A stretch of 63,117 nucleotides of DNA, filler included, from Klebsormidium nitens (GCA_000708835.1; 4 parts of 4 records of this genome joined end to end with filler, not necessarily neighbours in it); one strand, 5' to 3'; counted from the first letter of the whole stretch, positions 11,570-25,268 are shown. The notes: generated by a model not told the origin, from the sequence alone. Made by a program: numbers and translations.

Positions 11570-12360
11570 GTATGGCTTTTTTGGAGTGGGGAAAATGGTG
11601 CCCTAGTGTGAGTGCCATGAATAGCTTCACTGGCATGGGTCACAGCTTTCAATCAGTATGCATGTACATCACGCTCGGACTAATTGAAGTGACAGTCATA
11701 TTCAACAATTGCCATCATTCTTTGGATCAAAACATGTTCAAGTACAGCATGTGATCCGAATAAAGGACCAATGAAACTGCCATGTATTGACTGAATGACT
11801 TGTCAAAGCATGAGTGTCAAGATGTCCGAGTACCTCTACCACTCTCAGCATGGCTTAAACAATCAGCCCATGCTTGATCATCATGTGATCCTAGTAAAGG
11901 ACCGATGAAACCGCCATGTGTGCACTATGTGACTTCAACGTCAAAGCATCCATGTCAAGATGTCCAAGAAACCTTGCCTCTCTAAGCATGGCTTAAACAA
12001 ATCAGCACATACTTGATTAGAGCCTTCCTAACCCGTCAAGCTTGAACTAAGTAAAATAACAACACATATCCGACCATTGTTATGAGTCTTTGGACCAACA
12101 TAGTTCAAGTAGAGCGTGGGTCCCCGATTTCACTCGGTATGCATGTATGACATGCTTGAACTAATGGAACGTAACGTACGACATGTACACAACCATATCC
12201 GCCCTTTGCCATCATTCTTTGGACCAACACATATTCAAGCAGACCATACAAACCTTCGTCAGGCCTTCGATCTGAGTAAACGACTGATGAACTGCCATGC
12301 CATGTGCACTGAGTAGCTTGTGGACGTATCCATGTCAAAATGCTCGAGAGCCTTGCAACT
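11570..12360. repeat. Degenerate nested tandem repeats
   Basis: GCCATCATTCTTTGGA occurs near 11711 and 12208; GCATGGCTTAAACAA near 11848 and 11987; TGTCAAGATGTCC twice; AAAGGACC(A/G)ATGAAAC twice. Confidence 0.7.
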
Positions 12361-13127
12361 CTAATCCGTCTATCATTTATGGGTTATCGAGAAATGTCTT
12401 AGTTGGCACAGGCACCAAGCAATAGGGCTCTCGGCTGAGGACCATACGAAATGGGCCGCGGAAGAAGCAGTTGAGACGTTGCCAGACGTCGGGCCGTATG
12501 GATCGAGACCTCGATGCAGCCTGCGAAAAGCCACCAGGCATGTGTCAAAGTCCGTTGCCAATGATCGAGCCTTGGTGACATGTGCCGTTGGTCTTGCAAC
12601 TGTGTAGTGTCAGATTAATGCGAGGTGTGCCGTGATTACTATGAACCAGCAAACAGTCATTCGAATAACACTTGTGTCGATGCCAGTGGCCGTGCCAATA
12701 ATTGCGCTATGACCGGACCAACACCTGACTTGCACGAGCTCTGCAACTGAGCACTATCATCGACGCATGCTTGTCTAACTCGTTCTTCAAAGCATAATGC
12801 AGCCATTGCGCCTTTTAAGTTTAATAGGTGCTTGTCTTACTGCCAATTAGCCACCTTCAGCACAATGATGCCTCCGCACACTGATGCAACCCTGTCCACC
12901 TTAGTACTTTGGGGTCTGCCATGGTCTGCTTCTGCTACTTTCATTGGCGCCAACCAAAAGGGAGCTCGCTGACAAGCTGACAAGCGTCAGAGAAATCTGG
13001 GGGTGACCGTGTGAATGTCGCAGTGCTCAGGCTTATGGTCAAACTCCACCAAGCATGAGATACCGAATTTCGGTTGAAGGAAATGCTCCGAAGGACGAAA
13101 ACAATCCAGTACCTGATTGTGGCTCTC

Positions 13128-13430
13128 TGGTGCCTGGTGCCTGAAGCCTCGGTGCCTTGGTGCCTCTCCGACCAGTGCCTAGTGCCAGGTGCCTCTCTGA
13201 CCAGTGTCTAGTGCCTGCTGCCTGGTGCCAGGTGCCTAGTGCCTTGGTGCCTCTCTGGTGCCTGGTGCCTTGGTGCCTCTCTGCCTGGTGCCTGGTGCCT
13301 TGGTGCCTCTCTGGTGCATGGTGCCCCGGGTGCCTCTCTCACCAGTGCCAAGTGTCGGGTGCATGGTGCCTGGTGCCTCTCTCACCAGTGCCTGGTGCCT
13401 GTCCGGTGTCAGGTGCCAATGGTGCCTCTC
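13128..13430. repeat. (T)GGTGCCT minisatellite
   Basis: Many imperfect GGTGCC(T) units interspersed with CTCT and ACCAGTG. Confidence 0.9.
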
Positions 13431-16400
13431 TGATCGATGCGCCATGGATTACATGTCTGATGTCAAGCGAGATCGTTACGGTTCTTGTCACAGGTGCCAA
13501 CAGGTAACGGCTGACAAGTGCCACTAAATAGGTATACCTGAGGAGGAGAAAGTTTGTGCTGACATGCACAATTTAAATGCAAAATTTGAAAACTTACCAA
13601 GAACTTACCGCGTAGTCAGGGCCGCATAGCGATTTGGTGTCAAATAATGAGAAACCAAAACAGGGGACTATTGCTTCTATACTATACACTATGCTATGTA
13701 AGTGGTCGTGCGGCAGAAGAAGACCAGCTGTTCCTGCCTCTATCCTCAAATGCATAAGCTAACATTAGAAAACACGTTTCTGAAAGCTTCAAAATACTAC
13801 AGCGGGAATCTGCAAAATGCAAAATCTGACGAACGGCTCAGGAGCAAGTTAAACGGGACGTCAGCGCCCTACAAATGAAGTGCGTCATTGTCACAAACAA
13901 CGTCAAGCCTCCCTAGAATCGTCTAAAAGTTCCCACAAGCAACCTGAACCCGCGAGTCTAGAGGCAAAAAGTTGGAAAATCCGTGCGCGATAGGTAGTTT
14001 CGCGCCGAGTCGCGTATGCCTGTACTCACGGCGATTTTTACCCGCAGAATCGCCATTTTCTGATATTTACGATCATATTTGACATGGTCGGTATCAAATG
14101 TGAGTCAAATAGGAAGATGTAAAATGTTGGAGTTCATGGGGAGGGCCACTACATTGACCATCCCGTTGTCAAAAAGCGCACTTTAACTAGGTACATTTCG
14201 GGGTCCCGAACTTTCCGCTGGCTGGGGCTGGCACCGTCCGATGAGTGCCACGTATAGGGACCGAGTCCAAGTCTGTCAGAATTGCACTTGTACACTGCGG
14301 CAGTACTTTCTCCGTCGAGTGTACTCGGAAAATTCAAGGTTACAAGAATTCACCGTCGGCAGGTTTATCCTAGCTGGCGGTACTAGCCGAAGGCTACCGC
14401 GCGGGCCGTACCGGGCATTATTTACAGCCTACTCAATATAGNNNNNNNNNNNNNNNNNNNNNNNNNNNNNNNNNNNNNNNNNNNNNNNNNNNNNNNNNNN
14501 NNNNNNNNNNNNNNNNNNNNNNNNNNNNNNNNNNNNNNNNNNNNNNNNNNNNNNNNNNNNNNNNNNNNNNNNNNNNNNNNNNNNNNNNNNNNNNNNNNNN
14601 NNNNNNNNNNNNNNNNNNNNNNNNNNNNNNNNNNNNNNNNNNNNNNNNNNNNNNNNNNNNNNNNNNNNNNNNNNNNNNNNNNNNNNNNNNNNNNNNNNNN
14701 NNNNNNNNNNNNNNNNNNNNNNNNNNNNNNNNNNNNNNNNNNNNNNNNNNNNNNNNNNNNNNNNNNNNNNNNNNNNNNNNNNNNNNNNNNNNNNNNNNNN
14801 NNNNNNNNNNNNNNNNNNNNNNNNNNNNNNNNNNNNNNNNNNNCTCAGAAGGTACCTACCTAGTCTACCACTAGGTTCTACCTAGGCTCGTAGTAGGTGC
14901 TACCTAGGCTAGTAGTACCATAAAAGTCACCGGGCAGCTGAATTGGCTGTGTCTGCAGGCGATGTTACGCTGAATTAGTGACCGGAGACTCACAGCCTGA
15001 CGGGACCGGCGGTCCTATACCAACCCACGTGGTAAATGTACCACCCCTGTTTCATTGGCCAGTTCAATTCCGTACATTTGACGTGGCCCCGCTGGATGAA
15101 CAGCCCCGTATCTTGCGGGCCCCGGGCAAATCGTAGTGCGCTATTTGACAACCGGCCGGACAATGTAGTGGGCGTATACAAGAGATTGACCGGAGGGTTT
15201 GGTCCAAATATTTTTTTCGACCGACTTATGGTAGCTTTTCGGCCAGATTTTGACTTTTGCCCCGTGTCCGGGCGACTTTGACCTCCGAAAACGGCTAAGT
15301 CCCGAAATTTTACACTGAACCCAAAACCGCCGTACGACTCGCCGGCGGTAATTCGAAAATTCACCGCCGCGCTCGACTCAAACAGATAACGAAGAATCTA
15401 CCGCGAACAAAAAAGAAATCCCAGGTTGCTTGTGCCTCACGTCCGAACCCCTCAGGGACAATCACCCAATCAGTGGCTCTGCTGTCCTTGTATGGGCTGC
15501 CCTCAAGCACGTTTTAAGAGTCCCAAAACAACGAGGCAAGGTGTCACGGCACAAGCCAATCTGCTGCTCTGCATTGCCGATGCAGAAAATCAGAATTGAT
15601 GATCCAGCAAAAAGCTTCTACTATGGTCCCGTCCCGCGTGAAGAAGCTCTCGTAACTAAAGGATCGAGGCATACAGTTCTCCTACCAATCATCTTGGTCC
15701 AAATCTCACTAAAAACCCTACCTCAAAGGCGTCAAACAGCGGTCCTACTGGCATTCCAGATTTCTCATAAACCAGAAAACAGAAAAGAGAACATGTCAAA
15801 ACAGTCCTCGTTCCCGCCCTTTATATACCAATATGATCACCAAACATTGCAAACTAAGCAAGGACAGGAGGCCCTTCTCAAACCTATCAAAACACTACAT
15901 AAAAGTCTCGCAAAGCAACATCAAAGATCATCACTTGGCAGTCCTGTCTGACGGACTGCCCACAAATCAGAATTGTTGCACCAACAAAAAGGCGTCGATT
16001 CCAATCACCCATCCTCTCAAACAACTCCTAATCCCCTCAAGGTATCAAGCAAATGTTGTGGCAACCATACCGTGATACAAAGATGGGTCGTGCCGCTTGG
16101 CAGCGTGTACAATCATCGTTCTCTTCCACCAAGGTCCTCCGAGCCACCTTGATTGGTCTCTATCCTTGCCTTATCATTGAGATTATCCGGCGGAGCCATG
16201 GCGGCCGGGTCTGACGATGATTGAGGAAGATCTCACCTTTTCCAACTTCTGCCGCATCTGAGAAAAGCGGACATTGAAAGGATCCCGGTCGGCCATGCGG
16301 CTGCTGGTTTCTGCCATCCTCAGGCAGCCTTCACAGCTGCAGCCTGCCAGCCCATTGTGCGGCTCAGGCCCGCTGCTACTCAGGCTGGCCCTTGCTCTTC

Positions 16401-16619
16401 CTGCTCGAGCCCTTGCTCGCCATTGCCGGAAGCCGCTGAGATCTGCCGGGCGTCGCCTCGATCCAGCAGGATGATCAACGTGCAACACCAGCTTTGGATT
16501 GACGAAGAAGTCTGCAATATCGACTTGAGCAGGGTGGACGACGCCAAGTTGTCCATAGCCGTGCCGGCGAGGCTGTGGAGCGAGGCCTTTAGGGCTGTGC
16601 TGTTAGGGAGGTAGGTGGG

Positions 16620-16765
16620 TTCTCAGAACCGCTTATAACTGGTATGTGCGATACGTATTTAACCTAGTAAAGCTAACCTTGTTTGGACAAATTGGGTTGT
16701 TTTGAGCCTAGACCTAACCCTTGGTAAAAGCGGTTAAAATGACCAGTTATAATTGGTTCTGACAA
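16620..16765. mobile_element. Small AT-rich MITE-like element
   Basis: TCAGAACCGCTTATAACTGGT (16623) is a 21-bp inverted repeat of ACCAGTTATAATTGGTTCTGA (16742) with 2 mismatches. No clear target-site duplication (TSD). Confidence 0.5.
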
Positions 16766-17042
16766 GGTTAAGGTATATGTAGAAGAAAGTGTCGAGTCAA
16801 GACCATCAAATTCGCAGATCCAACATGGGAAATAACCGTTCCCACAGGCCATAAAACACCATTAACGCCTCACCTGCACCGTGTCGCCTGTGCCACGAGG
16901 TCCCACTTGACTCGAGGTCGCCGCAGCGAGACCTCGCTCGAGTGGGAGTTGGGAGTACCCAGCCAGTGCACGAGGCAGCGCGCTGCATGAGAGCTGCACG
17001 ATACACCGACCTAGGGCAGATGCCGCTGCGACGCAAGCGGCA

Positions 17043-20000
17043 ATGGCTGCCGCAAGCGTGAGCTTCGGGGGCTTGCCTAGCTTGCAGAGGGTCACTGCAC
17101 CCCGATCACAGGTGGATGCTGCCCGGAATCTCCGAGAGCTACACTCTCGTGTGTCTTACAGCTCACAAATCCCGCGCGGCCCTCTCACACCTCCGACCCT
17201 CGTTCTGGCGCTAGGGTCCAAGCCATCCCATTTTCAGCATACAGGAGGTTTTCTGAAAAGTTCAAAGGCAGGAGGGTTTGGGCCTCGCGCGATCTTGAGC
17301 CCAGACCTTGGGGATCCTGCCACATGGTCAAGTTCTGAGCTAGGGGATTACCTGGTTCAAAAGACAGGGGTTTTGTCTCTGAAGGAGAAGGTCGAGAATG
17401 CGGGCTTGGCTGGCAATAACATGTATCAGCTACGCGTCAGTGATTTGAAATCCTGGGGCCTGGACACCACCACGCAAGCTCGGGTCTACAGCTATGTGGA
17501 AGACCTTGTGCGAAGTAAGATGAGCTTGGAGTCGCTTCTCAGTCCAGTCTCAGGAGTTCTTGTTGTTGCTTATTTGATTGGTGCTGCCTTTCGTATGTCG
17601 ATGTTCACAAGATCCCTTCAAGCCTGCATGCAAGGATCGAAAAGAATTTAGCCGACTTCTGTGGGAATAAGCTGGACACAACCAGAGCACAGCATTGAGT
17701 GTTTCCAAGTGTTGTGTACCAGCCAGTCCAGGATCAATTGAGATTCTCAAGTGCTTCATGTGGGTTGGTCCTATCAAGCCCCTTTCAATCCAAAGTCTCG
17801 CAGCCAATGGCATGGTAACAACTCCAGGTGAATGGTTGCTCTTGTTGTCACTTGATGAGCATTTCTTAGTCCTAGAAGGCAAAGACTAGGGAGGTTGTAT
17901 CTAAAGAATATTGACGGGTGCTAGTGGTGAAGCTGAGTGGAGCAGAAGCACTACCAGACTGAATCTGAGAATGGTGAAAGCTGCTTATTCTGAAGCAACA
18001 TTAACAGGGTGTTTTTCCGTTGCAGGGCTCCCAGTCTCCTCATTCCACGAAGTGCACAGTGGGATGAGTACCGAAGAGTTTGGTGCCATAGTTGACCGCG
18101 CCAGTGTCGCCTACTCCCCCCTCAAAATTCTAGATCCTCAGGAATTCCTCCGAATGCGGCCAGCTGATTGGGCGCGCTTTTTGAATAGTGACCTCCTGCG
18201 ATCGAAAGTGGAGCAAGCAATCAATCTGCCAAAAAGAATCATGATTGTGAGACCCGGCAACGTCGCGGAAATGGTCAAAGTCTTTGGCCAGGCGGGCCTT
18301 GACAAGCTGATCGACGGAGGGCAATACCTAATCGACCTGGACGAGTCGGTCGAGGAGGCAAGGAAGTATGTGGTCCACTTTTGGGACCTGCAGGACGGAC
18401 ATAGGTACACGGGGGATGAGGGCATTGCACGCTACGAGGTGCTCCGGCGGGATGTGGAAACACTTAGCCAGGTGGACAGTGACCGCAGCATGACGCAGGT
18501 AGGGACACAAGATTTTGTAATGTACTGGCTGTCCACTTTCTGATGTCATATGAATCTAAACAGAGAGCAGGAGGCATCAGATCTTTAGCAAATGGATCAC
18601 CGAGCAACTTCTTCTAACATTTGTCATCTTAGGCCCATAAGCCCACTGGCTTTCGCTTGTTTAGGCGCTGTTTTTCAATAGCAAGTAATTTTGAGCTCAC
18701 GGGCAGGATCGAACCATTACCTCCTGGTTTTGGCAGGATCTTGCCAAGGTTTCTGTTAAAACAACACTTCTTAGAATAAGGCTGGTCAGATCAAGATAAG
18801 GCTGGTCAGATCAAAAGTTTTGATTGCGAGCCGATGGTGGTTGAGCAGACACCCTGATAATCCAGCTTTCGAAAGTAAGGCCTTCACGCAAAGCAAGCAG
18901 CACAAGCGGGATGCAATTGACTGCAGCACTGCCTGCCTGTCTGCGCTGGGCTAGAGTAGGAATTATGTCTCCACCTAATGAGCAGGATGTCGATTGCACC
19001 AACTTCAGCTTTCGCACTTTTTTACCCCAACATCGAGGCTGTTTCTGTCAAGCTTCTCCTTGTGCTTGTGCTGATGTGGTTGTCCTGAGTCATTTTGCGA
19101 CAGGTCTTTCTCAGCATAACACAAGAGCTCACTTTTTCTGTTAGGGATCAAATCAGTCCTCTCCCTTTGGCTGTGTTTGCTGCATCGGTGTCCTCTCAGG
19201 TTGACAGACAACTCCATGGTTATCCTTTTGCAGGCCCTCCTCAGACTGAACAGGGCTACTGGCGGGTCTTTCTTGGAGCGTGATTTGCTATTGGACAGCA
19301 CGATGCGCGGGCGAAGGGGGCGCGTCGACAGGAGTGGGCCCGTCGTGGCAGCGGAAGGGCGGCCCATGCCAGTCGCCCACCGCATGCATCTCCGCCCCTG
19401 GACAGATGGCAAGAGGAAGTACCCTGAGCAGGAGGTTGACGCAATTACACCTGTTGGTTTCCCGGGGGGCTTGAGGGCGGTGATTGCGGCGGAGGCTAAA
19501 CAGTATGCGACCCTGGAGGTGATTCACAGCTTTGCCAACGAGATGGATGGTTAGTACCTGTAGGAAACTTACCAGAAGCTGCTTCGTTTGCTACTCTTAG
19601 GATTTCGTCAAAGAAGCGTTCCCTGTTTGGGTTTGCGCTTCTCTTTTAGGATGTAGGAAGCATGGGTATTTTCTCACTTCAACGTAATCAGATTGGGTAG
19701 CTATAGTAGATTGGTCGCCGCTCCCCTGAAATCGCACTTCAATGTGCGAATCTTCTTTCGTGCCTTCGCTGACCGTGTCCAAGAGCGGAAAGTATCTTGT
19801 GTCGAGGAGTGGTTGTGGGGATTAATCACGTCAGGTGGTTATGGAGTAACTACGTTCTGCTACAGAGTAAACACTGCGTCAGACAGACAGAGTTCTGAAC
19901 CGTGTGACATTTAAGGGTCTTTGATACCCACCTTCTGCACCGTATAGGATGTCATCAATCACGTGGCAAGGACCTACATGCTGCAAGATCGACTTCGAGC

Positions 20001-21468
20001 TCAAGATCCGCTGCTGACAACCCCCACATCGAGGGTGTTAGACAAGGTGAAGCACCAGGAAACAGCCCAGGTTTTGCCTGCATTGCTTCAAAGACAGTGG
20101 CCTGGTCGAAGGGTCTGCTTTCAGTGAATTGCATCCGAAGCAGGACACTTGGGTCGCTTGTAGCTTGTGCTACCCTCTGCGCTTCTGGAAGCCTCCAGTA
20201 ATGTCCGTATGCCCCATTGACCTATGCTTTTCGTCGGGTCTGCAAGCAGATTCAGGTCTCCATCTTCAATCTTTCAAGGATCCTGTCTATTGCTTGCAAC
20301 GTTTGTGCAGGATCGCCAGATTGGCGCCTGGCTGTCACAGATTCAGTTCCGTGGACCAGAGAGTGCGGCTCACAGGCTTGTCCTCGTCATCTGCCTTCCT
20401 CATGAATGGACTTGTGTTCGTGGGGACGTCGCTAGTGTTCAGGCGCTCAGCAGGAGGCACCACGATTTCATACCGCAAAGCTTCCAGGATGTATCCAAGA
20501 CTTAATACGAAATCATTCACAATTTCGGAATGCCTGTTCTACAGGGTCCGTACAGAGACTTTTCTATTGACATCTCCAAGTACGCGGATGCGCGCTTCAT
20601 CCCCCTGCTCTTCGCTGGCTCGTTTGACCCGGAGGTTCAAACGGCGGCCTCTGACAATGACGTCATTCTTATGACCTGGGGCGGCGGCGCCGTGGACCTG
20701 ATCGTACCCCCAAGGCTCGACTTCAGCGGAGAGGTAGCAACATCCTTATTTGGTGCTGGTTGGTCAATCTGTGGGATTCTTCTGGCCTGAAGTGTCTGAA
20801 TATTGCTCTGCCGGATCCGTCTGAATCGCTCCTGATTTTTCCCAGGAAGGGGAGCCCAGGTCCTAGTATTTACCACGACGTAATAACGCCTTCAGCTGTA
20901 CGAGAGAAGTTCTGTTGCACCTTGAATGCTCTAGCCCTGAATACTCTATCCTGGCAGACGTATGCATGAAGAGCCTCCATCTAGGCGGTTTGGTCTCTGC
21001 CCCATGCAGTGGTCCTTTTTGTTAGCCCGTTGAGATCCTGAAAGCGACTCTTTCAGGACTCAAGTAAAGGACTATCACGCTGCTGACTTGACAGTGGCAT
21101 CTGTGGCACACCTTTTGTTGGATTGGCCACGTCTACAGTGTACATCATCAGCATGATCGAACACAACTTGATGCAGTGTATACCGTTCGTTTGCTCTCTA
21201 GACAGAAGTCGTCTTTAGTTGCAGGCACCCGACACGTGGAACGGAGATGAAGAGGGTGCCGAGCCGAACTTCCTCACGGAGATCCGCGGTGCAACAGTAA
21301 GTCGCTTTCTGACTTCTAATTGGAGGCGGTGGGTGGTCATTCCCTGGATAAAGATGGTGCCTTACAGCAAATACAGTCAGTCTCTTTTGCTAACGACAGG
21401 ACCTGCACGAAGCCTTCTCAGACTACGATGTGTTAAGCAGATGGCCTCAACTCATCCCAGCAGCATGA
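17043..21468 (+). CDS. Multi-exon gene: transit-peptide-like N-terminus, SAM domain and PD-(D/E)XK nuclease-fold region (Crinkler-like architecture)
   Basis: Phase-consistent exons 17043-17514, 18026-18498 and 19234-19549; further probable exons near 19790-19846, 19948-20046, 20311, 20546, 21227 and 21401-21468. SAM-like segment PATWSSSELGDYL...LRVSDLKSWGL; nuclease-like segment QEVDAITP...VIAAEAKQY. Confidence 0.7.
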
Positions 21469-22954
21469 GTGGTGCAGCGGATTTCGAGGCTTCAGAAGCG
21501 CGACTCGAAGCATTCTAGACCTTTTCAATTTTTTCTTTGATCTGCTTGTGCTTTGCAGGGCGAAACCCCGGACGTCGAGGAGGAAGATTGAACGTACATG
21601 GACAACGATATGGGCAGCGGTCTTTTTGTCTTCGCAGCAGACGTATTGATCTACATTCTTCCTTCTAGGGGCAATTCGACTTAGTATCCAGAAAATCAAG
21701 CTAGTATGGCCAGTTGCCTCTCCAACAAACGATTTTGATCACAATCTGAAGCGGTCCGCAGGAAGAAACTTGTTGGATGTACAACAGCGCTACTTTACCG
21801 AGAGCTCATTGGTAACACTATCGAGGCAATAAACATTCAAACTGGCGTCAAATGAGGACAGGGTCGTCGACGTCGGAAGGTGCCTCTGCACAAGGAAGCT
21901 AGACTCAGCGGAACGGAGTTTGCTTGATGGTTAGGTCGCATGAGGTCATTGAGGAAAGAGAGCAGATAATCAAGTCGATACTGCAAAGAATGAAATGGTT
22001 ACTTGGTCGATTCTGAGACAACATGGTGCAGTTGTAGCAAGGGTGCTTCTTTTTGGCCGATTCTGAGACTTGGTACAATTCTGAAGTTAATTGTATGTTG
22101 ATATTCTCGGAGGCCCTTGGTCAGACTGATGGTCTGGTCTCAATGGACAATTTGCATGCTGTCTTCTATTACACGTTCTAAAGTGCGTCATACTCGCATG
22201 GCAAATTTTTTATTTGCGTACGGCTGCAATTCATGCATATTCTAGACAAATTATAGTTATGGTACCGCGTATCGCACGTGATTGCATGGCATGCACGCAA
22301 CACATGTATACCTGCGTCGAATGCAGTTTGCATGGGCCCAATCGTGCAAACCTCTATCTGTTTGTTTTTGCAAGCATGGCGGCACTCATGAGCGACGCAT
22401 CTTAATGAGTTGTAAGAGCAATTGTACACTGCATACATCCATATGTCAACCAGATTGATCGAAGTCAAAGTTTTGATTTTACTGGTACGATACATAGACA
22501 TTGTCCCTCACTAGCTTGGCTGCTTTCAGGCGAGTTGCCACATACAATAGATTCAATCTCAATGGACCAGAGCGTACTGCTGAAGCGAGTGCGACAGGGA
22601 TGCACATGCAAGTAATTTAAGGAGACAAGACTTCCACAGCGTTGTAGGAGCAGCGTGCGGACATGCCCCTAACTCCGCCCGGTTGCTGGATGGAGAAGTG
22701 GTCGGGGCATTTCAGCAAGATTCGTTTGCAGGATAAGATCCATTCAGAGACTGCCACCTGTCTGAGGTCGGAACCTTGGTGTTAGGGGCGGCTCGGCCCT
22801 CAACTTTGTAGGCCGAGAGCTAATGTAGCTACCGGCTTGATTACCGGGCATTGTTGCAGACTGTAAATCTTCGGTCTTAACTACCCGGTCCAAAGTATAC
22901 CGTGCTGTTTTCGACCGGCCTAGGCTCTAGCAGTGTAGCCCAAGTTCGGAACAT

Positions 22955-23848
22955 TCAACCGGAGTAGGTGATACCTTGACACCTACGCCGAGTTTGAAAT
23001 AATGGTGTCCTCTTCAAGTCAAGGATGTTATCAGAGGCGCGTTCAACGGAAATTGAGTCTACATTGACCGTAGAGGCTTGCCCGTAGAACTCGGTCGACC
23101 GTACGGGGCTGGTAAATTTTCTGACTTGGATGTACAGGTGGGCAAGTTGCCCGCGCGCCGCGCGCGCGTGTCGAAAAATGTCGTTGCGTACGGCGGTTCG
23201 GTTTGGTACAGGAAGTGTACGTTTTAGCCGAATTCTTGTACACATGCGGCGCGATTGGACACCATCGAAACTCCAACTGAGGTTCTGCGCACCGTCGATA
23301 CGGATATCTACGGTTAAAACCACCTTATCCTGCAAATGTACAATCTTCCGTGATGGCTTCTGCGGCCTCCGAGTTAGGGGCATGGTCGCGACGTTCTTCT
23401 ACAACGCTATGTTCCGTGTCAAAGGATCGGGCTGGAAGAACCATTCAATATCCTCGACGTACCCAAACAATCCCCATGTCTATGGACGCCTCGCTACAAA
23501 GACCACACGCTTTTGCTGGCGGCACTCTTAAGACTTGCAAATGTATCCAACACCGTAAGGTGTTCAACCTTGCTTATTCTTGACGAATTTATTGATTGTC
23601 CAGCTCTGGTTGCCCAACGCAGATTCTCCGCCCGATTGTTGCTTCGGTTCCTGTCGATGTGATCAACCGTGACGGTCGTCTGGTGTGGGACGGTCTAGGT
23701 CCGTGGAAGGCAAGACAAACGAGAGCATGTACCCTAAGAGCGCGGACAACTCTCTTTGTTGATATGCGTACGGTCTTGTAGCACCCATTAGGGTTTGGTT
23801 AGTCAGAGCCATAACTACGCAGCCTCTGCTCGCTATGGATCCTGCCAT
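22955..23848 (-). mobile_element. Highly degenerate Ty3/Gypsy pol remnant (RNase H and integrase)
   Basis: TRPYAYQQRELSALLGYML resembles RNase H (ERNYxxxEQELLA). HVYKNSAKTYTSCTKPNRRTQ resembles the integrase Zn-finger end, and VRSTEFYGQ...DSISV resembles the catalytic core start. Many frameshifts. Confidence 0.55.
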
Positions 23849-24302
23849 ACGAGCTTGTAAGCACTCCTTCTAACGTCTCAGGTTTGAGCCCATACGACAA
23901 AGAAGACTCTGTACTGATCGCTCTTCATTTTTCCCCAGGCAAGTCTTCTTGGTTTGCTTGGTGAAGTTTGTCGGTTTCAAAAGTATAGCGTTCAACTCGT
24001 CTTGTTCCTTTACGGCCCCTCATATAAGTTGTAGACGTTCCCCTAGTTTAACCCCAACTGACGTATCGCGTCACCAATAGACTCTAAATCGGAGCACCAC
24101 TCCCGAATCAATGTTTGTCACAAGCACTGCCTTCCAATAATACGACTCTCATGACGACGCATCCAACAACCCAAGCTCGATTTGCTTACCTGTGGAGAGC
24201 CCGTTTGCCTGATTTCCAAGCGTCCGTCCTCCTTCTGCCCCCCGCAACTCGCGCAGAGCAGCTCGATGATGGTGGGTATAGCCGCTGGGTCCTCAGGCTC
24301 CC

Positions 24303-24449
24303 TCGGAGAGGGAGGCGTCTTTGTTGTATCTATCGGTCACGAATACGTGCCTCAGGTGATTCGTCGTGAGGTGGCGGCCCCTGGAAATCGGAATCTCTCG
24401 AATGAATTGCGTCCAATAATTATCGCCCATAGGCTGGCCGAGGTCGGAG
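24303..24449 (-). pseudogene. Tyrosine recombinase C-terminal fragment, third copy of the YR family
   Basis: The reverse strand reads SDLGQPMGDNYWTQFIREIPISRGRHLTTNHLRHVFVTDRYNKDASLS, which aligns without gaps to 35772-35917. Confidence 0.92.
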
Positions 24450-24529
24450 CACTAGTTAAAACGCACTATGTATTATGACGTCATGCATGGCCAGACCGCA
24501 CGTGCTAGGTGGGAAAAAATCATCAAAGG

Positions 24530-25180
24530 AAATTGTGCACCCTGGAGCCGATGGGTTCGGCCGGGGCCCTCCGACTTTTCCGAGAGCCTCATACACTCAT
24601 ACACACAGCCAATGATTGGAAAAAAGTAAGTACCTGCAAGAAAACGCACAGGTCCGCATGCCCCGGGTTGCTTTGCCACAGGGATGGGACCCCCCGGGGG
24701 CCGGAGGTGCAAGTCTTGGGCCTGTGCCTTTTGCTTGGAGCGGGTCTCGACTCTTCTGGGTTTATTCACAAATGCGGCCAGACCCACTTTTGAACCAGGT
24801 TCGACCGTCGCCGAGAAAACACACAAGTCCGCATGCCCCCGGTTGCTTTTCCTCATGGATGGGACCCCCCGGCCCGGTGGTGCAGGTGGGGTGCAAGTCT
24901 TGGGCCTGTGAGCCAGGTTGTTTGCTTCAAGCGGCGTCTCGGGTCTCGCCCCTGCAGCCTGGGGGTGAATGCAGAATTGCCTCCAAAGACCGGGGCGATG
25001 CTTTTTCCTTTTGGCGACCGCGCGACCACATTTAAAGCATGGTTTTGCATTTCTCCGAGTAGTAAACGGGCACATTTCAGGTGCATGCTAAGTCATAGCC
25101 ACAGGCTAGACCAAGCTATGACTTGATAAATTTCAACAACGGTCGCCGCCAGACAGCGTACTCGATCGCATGGGGGTGGA
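24530..25180. repeat. Dispersed repeat, copy 2 (homologous to 9140-9602), with an internal duplication
   Basis: Same landmarks as copy 1. The GTCCGCATGCCCC...GGTGCAAGTCTTGGGCCTGTG block occurs twice (about 24652 and 24827). Confidence 0.85.
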
Positions 25181-25268
25181 ATGGATGAACCGGCCTCGGG
25201 GGCAGAATTTGCGAGAAAAAAAAGCGTGTGTTCGCCCCCCACTGTCAGAGCGGGCCGACGGTACCCAC

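Noticed and set aside
13157-13527. ORFs rich in WCL, VP and GA
   Set aside because: These are translations of the GGTGCCT minisatellite.
15430-16614. Possible gag/pol remnant ORFs
   Set aside because: No diagnostic motif could be identified in any frame.
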